From: Octopus vulgaris
Lineage: Eukaryota
Direction of reading: 5' to 3'
NCBI GenBank assembly: GCA_951406725.2
Contig: OX597815.1
Coordinates: forward strand, 99,696,001 to 99,760,000
DNA length: 64,000 nucleotides
Shown one piece after another: positions 53,890 through 64,000 of this stretch. Under the pieces are notes generated by a model. That model was given only the letters and a program-made list of their open reading frames with translations. It was not told where the DNA came from and did no database searches. The position numbers and the translations under genes were made by a program. Every line of letters starts with the position of its first letter. Position 1 is the stretch's first letter.

Positions 53890-54044
53890 TTTGATTTGTT
53901 TCAGTCATTTGCCTGCGGCCATACTGGAGCACCGCCTTTAGTCGAACAAATCTACCCTAGGACTTATTCTTTGTAAGCATAGTACAATAGTACGTACTCT
54001 ATCGGCTTCTTTTGCCAAACACACACACACATATATATATATAC

Positions 54045-54108
<64 letters not shown>

Positions 54109-54570
54109 TTGCGTAGGAGTGGCTGTGTGGTAATTAGCTTGCTTACGAACCACATGGTTCCGGGTTCAGTCCCACTGCGTGACAGCCTGCGCAAGTGTCT
54201 TCTACTATTGCCTCGGGCCGACGAAAGCCTTGTGAGTGGGTTTGGTAGACGGAAACTGAAAGAAGCCCGTCGTATATGTATATATATATATATACATATA
54301 TGTGTGTGTGTGTGTATATATATGTTTGTGTGTCTGTGTTTGTGCCCCCCAACATCGCTTGACAACCGATGCTGGTGTGTTTATGTCCTCGTAACTTAGC
54401 GGTTCGGCAAAAGAAGCCCATAGAATATGTACTAGGCTTACAAAAAATAAGTTATGGGGACACTTTGGTCGACCCGAGACTATAGTAGAAGACAGTTGCC
54501 CAAAGTGCCATGGAGTGAGATTGAACCTGGAACCATGTGGTTGGGAAGCTTCTTGCCAAACAACCACACC
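53890..54570. mobile_element. Cluster of SINE copies (best preserved 54113-54450 on plus; fragments on minus either side)
   Basis: taggagtggctgtgtggtaattagcttgc...ccgggttcagtcccactgcgtg (tRNA-like head), with reverse-complement fragments at 53890-54020 and 54462-54570. Confidence 0.7.
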
Positions 54571-55369
54571 ATTGAAATCTTATACAAACGCTATCGAGAA
54601 AACGGTTGTCATTAATGCTCATAAATAAAAACGACTGTCAAGATCACACTTTTACTTTCATTTCATAAACTCTTGAGAATACTCAACAAGTTTGTCTTTT
54701 TCTCTGTACTTACCATAGCATTCTGCTTTTGAACCTCAAGCAAGAGAGGTCATTCGAAGAACTGTTGAAGCAATTATTTTAAAACAGTTTTTAAAATACA
54801 TTTCGAAACATTTCATCATTTTCAGGTCGATAAAAAAATACCAGTTCAAGCGGTACAAGCGGTGATATTGTTTCTGTTTTTCCTTCTACCTCTTTCTCCC
54901 TCTGATTTGCTTCTGAGGTAATCTCCGATATCTTATTAGGAAAGAAATATGTTTAGAATGCGGTATGTTATGGCAGTTCTTCTATGACTTCTCCAGAAGT
55001 TGGGGCCTTAAGGAAACACGCATTTGTATACACACGCAGTTAAAAAATATATCCTGAACTTCCTATGAAGGTAGACTCTATCTGAGATTTTTCTCCTTCG
55101 TTAATCATATTTCAACCGAAATCGACCTGTGTACAATGAACAACATTTTCTTTGATTTCACTCGGTAGTGAAGGTGTAAGATTTTAACAGGCGCTGCCCG
55201 CTTTTCAATATTTATAACTAACACAACTGTAATATCAAAAATTGAGAAACAAACCAAAGAGTTGTAATTTCGACCTAATTGCCTTTCATTATTCTAATAT
55301 ATGAATAATTTAATTACATATTCTCGAGTCTGTTACACAATTTTTTTCCGAAAAATATATGTGCAGTAT

Positions 55370-55429
<60 letters not shown>

Positions 55430-56263
55430 TATATGTGTGCGTATCAGCAGTGTGTGCACTCGCTTGCAGGTACGTACATAGGTGTTGTATGTCTGTGAAG
55501 TGTAGACGTAAAAATATTAAAATGTTGTTTTCGAACGAAACTATGAACATATATAAATATAATTGCAAAAGTGAAAAAGCACTTCCAAGCACATAATTTC
55601 TAACAAAATTATTTATATTTATTTATCATTACATACGCAAAATAATCTATTTAGTTGAGTGTTGAAAACTAAAATATTAGACATTTCAATACCTTTATTG
55701 TCTGTCAACAATCAAATTGAGAATAATTGCAAAGTTGTCTTTGTTTAGAGTTATTTTTTTATTTTATTTTATTAACTATCTAGTTACCTATGCTTATACA
55801 TATGTGTGTATATGTATGTGTGTGTGTGCCTGTGTATGTATGTATACATACAAACCAGCATACACTCACAGACACGCACACACACAATCATATATGTCGT
55901 GTGTACATATGTCTGTCAATGTACACATATTTTCAATGTGTGTTAGCAACTTTATAAACTTTCCACGCATACATGTGTGCACATATATATATATTATATT
56001 TTATATGTATCTATGCGAATGTGGACATAAATGCGTGCGTGCACATACGTGCATGAACGTGCGTGTACGTGTACATTTGTATGTATGCGCTAAGTTTGCT
56101 TCACTTTTGAGTAAAATAGCAAAGTACTCAATATGCATCAGAAAAGTGTCACATAGAAATAAACACGCACTAATACATATATTTACATCAGTAGGTACTT
56201 ATCTTTCTTAGTCAACCAGTCCTTCAATCCGTTTTTCTCTCGGTAGATAGATGGATAGATAGG

Positions 56264-56341
<78 letters not shown>

Positions 56342-56403
56342 TAGATAAAGATATAGATATAGATGCAGAGGAATCACGCACGCACACGTTATACATACAT
56401 AGA

Positions 56404-56442
<39 letters not shown>

Positions 56443-56460
56443 AATATATATATATGTACG

Positions 56461-56566
<106 letters not shown>

Positions 56567-57189
56567 ATAATTAAGTATGGAAATGTAGACCTAACCTGTG
56601 GTACGAGTGAAATTTCAAAATACCATAAACAAAAGCAACGTAAACAATATTATGGATGCAGGAGCCAAATGATTAATCAAATTTTGTGTACAACTTTGTT
56701 GGCTGTATATAGTGAGGAAGCAATTACGTTGATTGCTAACACACAAAATCTTACGCCTTGAAGAGAAGTTATAGAAACGATGTCACAAACATATCTGTAA
56801 ATTTATTTAAAAACAAAAGTTGACAAAATAATATTGTTTTACCAAATTACCCGTTAATTAGATTTTATCGTTGTTTCTCATGTAGATATGTATGTATAAA
56901 GATAGGTAGGTATGCATACATGCACTCATATATGCGTGTGTGTGTATGTGTGTATGTATGTGTGTGAGTGTGTATGTATGTGTGTGTATGTACATGTTTA
57001 TGTATGTATGTATATTTCTAAATATTTTTGTGATACATTATATGTATGATATTTTTTTTGATGAAATAAATATTTTACGAAGGAATTCATATACAAGAAC
57101 ACATTCATATACACACACATATGCAAATATACATGTATAGTTTCACATATATATGTTTATGCGCCTACATATATATGTATGCATGTATC

Positions 57190-57220
<31 letters not shown>

Positions 57221-57549
57221 ATATGTATGTATGTATGTATATGCAAAATTAGATTTCAAATTATCAGCGTTTTTCATACTCAAGGAATAAACTGCTCAAC
57301 TTAAAAGATCTAAAGAATACGTTATGAAATTTCTAAATCTGAAACTAAACCGGAAATAGACACTACAACAACTAAAAACAACTAACTCTTTTCAGATAAC
57401 AGTGTTACAGTGTCTTTGAAAAGCTGAAACCAACGAAAACTACTTAAAAGGAAAAAAAAATGCGTTCTATAAGGTTTGTTGTCATTCAGTTCATTTTATA
57501 AAAATGTTTTGTATATATATATATATATAGTTATTAATTTCAGTCAACC

Positions 57550-57854
57550 GGTACTATTTAAGAAGAGTGGTCCCGGTGCGCGCACTCACGTACTCGCGCA
57601 TCCGCTCTGGCTAGTCGTGACTAGTCGATCCTACAATCATTACCTAGCAAAGTAAATAAAACAAATAAATAATAAATAATTTTAATTTATACAAAGTAGA
57701 TAATTTGTTAAAACAAAGTAAAGAAAACACAAAAACACAAAGCAAATAACTTATTTAAACAAGGTAAATAAAACAAAAAGACACAAAGTAAGGATCGACT
57801 AGCTAGCGCGGATGCGCGAGTACGCGAGTGCGCACACCCACCGGTCATAGTACC
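57550..57854. mobile_element. 305-bp MITE with 9-bp target-site duplication (Merlin- or Mutator-like)
   Basis: TSD cagtcaacc at 57541-57549 and 57855-57863. Termini ggtactat/atagtacc, GC-rich subterminal inverted repeats, A-rich interior. Confidence 0.85.
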
Positions 57855-57924
57855 CAGTCAACCTTTCTTGTTAATATATTGCGACCTGAATTATCCCTGA
57901 TATATATATATATATATAAATATG

Positions 57925-58333
<409 letters not shown>

Positions 58334-58346
58334 CACATATGTATAC

Positions 58347-58414
<68 letters not shown>

Positions 58415-58420
58415 GTACAC

Positions 58421-58483
<63 letters not shown>

Positions 58484-58534
58484 CATATATGTGTGTCTAT
58501 GTGTGCATGCATGTGTTTATGTGTATGTATGTGT

Positions 58535-59261
58535 TAAAAAAGGGGCAATCAGAATTTTGGATAATTCTTTAGTAGCGCTTTCGTTCATTTAACCGAACTC
58601 TTCAAAGGAAATTGAACCTAAATAATAAAAACAGAACGCTTCATCGTTTTTTACATGAATCGAAGAGCGGATGTCTTTTGTTTTGTGTAGAAGAGGAGAA
58701 AATGTTGTCTTTTGAAGAAAGGGAGAAAGAGAGGAAGATAGTGAGCAGGACATTCGAGAAAGAATAAGAAAAGCAAAGGTAGGGAAAAGATAGAGAGAGA
58801 GAGAGAGAGAGATTTCTTTACAATCATATTGTATTGGCGTAGTTAATATACATACGGACACTATGCATGAACACGCCTTCAAATTGAACAAATTATGGAC
58901 ACTACGTAGTTAGCTTACACAGACGTTGCGCCCAGCTAATACAACTGTGAAGAAATTATGGAAGTACTTGAATGCTCCAGTTTGGCCCTCCTCCAAACAT
59001 ACCATTTTAAAATCAGTCAACATTAGAACGAATGTACCTTTTCATTGACTTTGAACTCTTTTCATTTCATACTTTATATTTGTGTTGCACTCACTTAAGT
59101 ATAATTTTCTCACTCCTCAAAATGTAATGTGTATAGCCACAAACACGTTAATATGTATCCATCTTCGTTTTTCTCTTTTAAACAAACAGAAGAACGTATA
59201 TGTACACATATTCGTACTCACACATGCACACAAACATACACAGATACACACAGACACATAA

Positions 59262-59332
<71 letters not shown>

Positions 59333-60442
59333 ATTTCTTTAATCCTAATATATATATATATAACATAAGGGACGTTAGCCATCTGAATGTGGCTAGGGAC
59401 AGGGCAGGGCGGTGTTGGTGTTACTGATGCATTTAGCCCCAGGCGATCATCAACGTCACCAGGAGGACTGACGCCATCACGGCGTCCTCTAGCCTGCAAA
59501 GGGAGATCATTCCCCGAAGAATCGGATGCCACATACGGACCTAGGTTTCAAGGTGTTTGCCTATTATCAACGTTGATAATAGGCAAACACCTTGAAACCT
59601 AGGTCCGTATGTGGCATCCGCTTCTTCGGGGAATGATCTCCCTTTGCAGGCTAGAGGACGCCGTGATGGCGTCAGCCCTCCTGGTGACGTTGATGATCGC
59701 CTGGGGCTAAATGCATCAGTAACACCCCCACCGCCCTGCCCTGTCCCTAGCCACATTCAGATGGCTAACGTCCCTTATGTTATGGAGCAGTTACTGTCTA
59801 TATCTCGTTTAGAGAATTATTATATATATATATATATATATTCACAAACATTAATATGTATATAATGATAGAAAGAAAAGGAAAACAGAAAGAGACGCAA
59901 CCAAAAATGACATCTTGAATTGCGATTTAATATCAATGGCTTGACCACATATTAATCAGAAAATGTGTATATTTACAAATATGTTAATATGTATATAATG
60001 AGAGAAGAAAGAAAAAAGGAAAAAGGAAGGAATGCTTCCGAAAACAATGACTGAAGCAAGAAAACTACTTGAATTGCAATTAAATCTCAATTCGTTGTCC
60101 ACATCGATCCAGTATAATTGAAAAGAAAGCCTTCCCTCTTCATCTTTTTCTTCCTCCTCTTTTTTCTTATCTTTCCCATCCTTCTTCCTAAAATTGACAT
60201 CTTGAAAGGTCATATAGCCACTACCTCCTACCCCCCTCCTCTCCTCCCTTCCATATTCACAAACAGTACAGTATGTATATAATGAGAAAATGTGTATATT
60301 TACAAAAATGTTGATAGATATATGAGATAAAGAAAGGAGAGAGAAAATGCTTTCAAAAGTAATGACTGAATCAAGAATAGCGTCTTGAATTGTAATTAAA
60401 TTTCAATTGCTTGACCACATCAATAAAATATAATTGAAAAGA

Positions 60443-60478
<36 letters not shown>

Positions 60479-60757
60479 ATTTATCTATCTCTCTATCTTC
60501 CTCCTCTTTGCATTTCTTACTCTTTCTTGAGTGTGATGCTCACTATTTTCCTCTCATTCTCTCTTTTTCCAAAAGACAAAATTTTCTCCGATTCTAAACG
60601 AAACAAAAACGTAATAAACATCCGGTCTTTGATTCATATAAAAAAATGATAAAACGTTCGGTTTTTATTATTTGGTTCAATTTTTCTTGATAGGTTCTGT
60701 TAAACGAGCGAAAGCGCTAATAAAGAATTATCCAAAATTCTGACGGCCTCCTTTTTC
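58535..60757. repeat. Old long inverted repeat pair (about 58535-58835 and 60420-60757), probable foldback DNA element
   Basis: tcagaattttggataattctttagtagcgctttcg pairs with cgaaagcgctaataaagaattatccaaaattctga. Similarity continues through a (GA)n/(TC)n tract. Confidence 0.75.
59360..59822. mobile_element. 424-bp near-perfect palindrome (59360-59783) plus 39-bp tail, hammerhead-like core next to the axis
   Basis: Axis in aacgtt (59571/59572), 4 mismatches counted over 212-bp arms. The right arm starts acg-TTGATAA-t-agg(caaaca)cct-t-GAAA-cctagg-TC-cgt. (TA)n lies on both sides. Confidence 0.9.
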
Positions 60758-62571
60758 ATAATATACAATATCTGTACCCCACTTCAAACACCCCTGTTTG
60801 CGGCTACTCAATCGAAACCTCGAATTAACTCTCAATATTTTCCTTATGATTATAATATGAATATATCTTTTGAACGATACAGAGGTATGCATGTTTGTAT
60901 GTAACTATAGAAGTCTCTTCTATTTTCTTAATTATTATAAATCTTCCACTGAGAAGGGAGCCGGTTTCCAACAAAGATACAAGGCTCTATCTTTGGCATG
61001 TAGTTAACACAGACAAATTCACATTTGGGACTTGAGAAAAGTCTTGCATATATTTAATGTTCCCCTCACAGATTGCACTTGTAATGTACGAATTAGTCGG
61101 TCGATTTCTCTTTCTGAAAATCCTATTTTATCCGTGTAAGTGTGTGTCTGTATCTACATAAATATATATATGCATATATGTATATGTATGCATGTTTGCA
61201 TGTGCATGTATATGTATGTATGAATGTTTGTATATGCATTTATATATTTCTGTAGCATTTAGCGGAAATCGATCCTTTCTGCAGCTCAATATTTTTTTAC
61301 TGCATCATCCATACCACAGCGTCTCTATTTTCTTCGAACCACGGATAAAAATATTCGCGAAAACTGAAGAGAGATTGAATCTTATTCACGCTCGTAACTC
61401 TTTCTCCTTTGAATATATACGCAATTATTTCTACTCTGTGATTTCTTACTAAAACAAATACGCAATCCAATGTTTCCTTATTTTGTTGAGCTCTTTGTAT
61501 GGCCACTTAGCCTAACCCCTTATTTATTGTTTCTGTATCAGCAGCATAAATATAAACAGCTTCCATTGTCAATGGGGTCACGCGTACGATGATAAGAATG
61601 CAGAAACGTATCACTGCAGGAAAATCAGTCCCTCGGACTATCTACGTCACAGTTTACGGTATACTGAATTTCACTAACAAGGATTTGGTTATGTTTTAAT
61701 ACACTTGCCCAAGATATCGTGCAGTGAGATCAAATCTGCTACTAAGTTTTTGCAAAACGTATTTTTTTAAAGTGCACAAAATCTTTACGCCAATAGTAAA
61801 CCAGTTTTATGATAAGCTAACTAGAAGCAGCAGCTTAATCTTCCTCAAATCAAACCCACCGTTATAGTTTTATTTAAAGGAAGAATGGATTTAGTATTGC
61901 AATGCCAGTTTACCCCTTAAAATAGGGGGGGGGGTGCTTACGATCAGAGTGCGTTAAAATGTAGGTCTGTTCAGACCGCGTTATTTTAATGGGAAACAAC
62001 AAAAAAAAAGAACTGGCTATAATATCTCATGATTAATTCATTCAAAATTAATTCATAAAAACTAAATCAGAAACACAAAGCACGCTACAGATTAAACTTA
62101 AACGTGTGTATATGTATATGAGATTATGTGTGGATGTGTGTATGTGTATGAGTGTGTGAGCCTCCTTTCCTTATTAAACAGAACTAATTTTTAAAAATGA
62201 TCTCTCTAAGACACGAAACTTCTTCAACGATTTTTCAGGCAGAAAACTGTCATCACAATGAGCACTAAAAAGATTTCAGCATTTATAAACCAATTTTTCT
62301 TTTTGTTTAGTTCAATTGAGTTTTGAATTCTTGTGATAATATCTTATACTGCTGGGCAGCCAGTGTCTCCAGCTATTTTCTTTAGGCTTTCCTTCATAGC
62401 TTTCAGGAATTCGTGCATTTCACAAAACCATTCACAGATTTGCTCTTTTTATTTTGTTTTGTTATGCGTTTTAATACTATTGGAAACTTTTTAGTTACTC
62501 TTTTTTCCTCCTTTTCGATTTCGGTACCCTGGTGACAAATAGAGAAGTTGCTGTTGCTGCTACTGCTGCTG

Positions 62572-62624
<53 letters not shown>

Positions 62625-62640
62625 GCTACTACTGCTGCTG

Positions 62641-62682
<42 letters not shown>

Positions 62683-62834
62683 TTTGTTATTACTACTGCT
62701 ACTATTGTGCATTGTTGTTGTTGTTGTTATCATTATTAGCATTATTAATCTCTCAGTTGAAAAAACTATTATAAATGTATCTGAACCAAGAAATTGTACT
62801 AAAGTCTTTGACCTTTCAAAGACATATACATACA

Positions 62835-62873
<39 letters not shown>

Positions 62874-64000
62874 CTCTCCACTCTGTCTCACTTTCCCCCT
62901 TTCATTCAACGTTTGAATTTTTTCTCTATGATAATATGAATTGACTCACGATGGAACCCTCACAGGAACAGACGAAGGAAAAAAAATTAGAAGGAAAAAG
63001 AGGAATATCTCTACGTTGATAATCTATGTAAAGCGAAGTAAAAACAAATACTCGACCAGTAAGCAAATTACAAGAAGTAAGTAATGTTAAGAAGAAAAAA
63101 ATGTAAGTTATATATAAACGAAAAACAGAGAGTAAAATTAAATAGAAATTTCTATTTATTTCAAGCAGGCATTTCAGAAAGAATGTTATTAGATCTCACC
63201 CTAAGTCTTGTTTTTTTCTTCCCCTGTCTGAATCTCACAGTATACACACCTGAATACTGGTGTTCATGACAATTTTAGACTCCAAATTACGTTGCATTTT
63301 TCACCTCACCGTACGCGAACTGACTTTAACAAGATATCATCAAACTTTGGGCAAACTTCATTTCTTCTGCCGAAAACTTATATGTATTAGTAAATAGATT
63401 TATTAGCCAACAAGAGAATCTCTTCTTGCCGCTTCCACGTTATGCAGACTTTCTACAAGCTTTTGTAAAAATTTCAAAGTTGATTCCTTTGAACAGTATT
63501 CTTCATAGATAGTATCAGGCCATGGTGCATATTGATTGAATATTTCCTTTCATTCTGATCTTAAATGTAAAGAATTTAAGTCCTTCCTCAGAACAGGCTA
63601 TTTTTGCAATGATATTGTTTGTCTTCATCTTCCTGTATATAGTGTGTTGATAAGAAATAAAATTTTTGTTTTTCTTGTTTGGCCTAGTATTTATTTTTCA
63701 TAAGAAATTTTCAATCGCTGTCTCAAAGACACACCTTTAAATTTATTCATTTTTCTTCAAGACTGTAATTTGTATAATCTTCGTATATTTTTGTTCATAC
63801 TTCCTTAAGTTACAGTCAATATCTTTGAAATTATTATTCAATTTACATTTTATGATTCTGCAGAGCAGATTTTTCTTTTCTTTTTTTCTTTCCTTTTACG
63901 TTCAGTATCTGTCTAATTACTTATCTTAATATATTTGCATTACCGTGTGAACGGCATGTATTTCCAATAAATGATGGAAATTCTATAAGAACTAGCATTC

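Noticed and set aside
59387-59756. Two near-identical 71-aa ORFs on opposite strands
   Set aside because: They are a by-product of the DNA palindrome, with non-ATG starts and no recognisable domain.
63250-64000. Possible decayed LINE ORF on the minus strand
   Set aside because: Only a vague resemblance with many stops; it needs a translated search.

Overview
AT-rich, microsatellite-saturated animal DNA with no recognisable host protein-coding exon, so it is intergenic or intronic. The SINE families and repeat style look like an octopus or other cephalopod genome (my recognition, not a search). Nearly all short ORFs in the track are microsatellite translations. The real coding content is transposon-derived: (1) a 5'-truncated but uninterrupted Dong/R4-type RLE non-LTR retrotransposon (26175-28926) inside a nest of about ten related fragments in (AAT)n-rich DNA; (2) a Penelope-like GIY-YIG endonuclease ORF (7371-8177, minus) with a downstream hammerhead ribozyme; (3) decayed Tx1/L1, CR1, RTE, Gypsy and Tc1/mariner remnants; (4) a non-autonomous Helitron, a MITE with a 9-bp TSD and many tRNA-derived SINEs. 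The most striking pattern is a set of short asymmetric palindromes from several unrelated sequence families, inserted in (TA)n or similar tracts. One arm carries an extra 30-70 bp tail, and in three cases the symmetry axis lies a few bases 5' of a minimal hammerhead-ribozyme core. A Gypsy remnant enclosed by near-identical inverted (not direct) repeats is a second oddity. All alignments and folds were done by eye.
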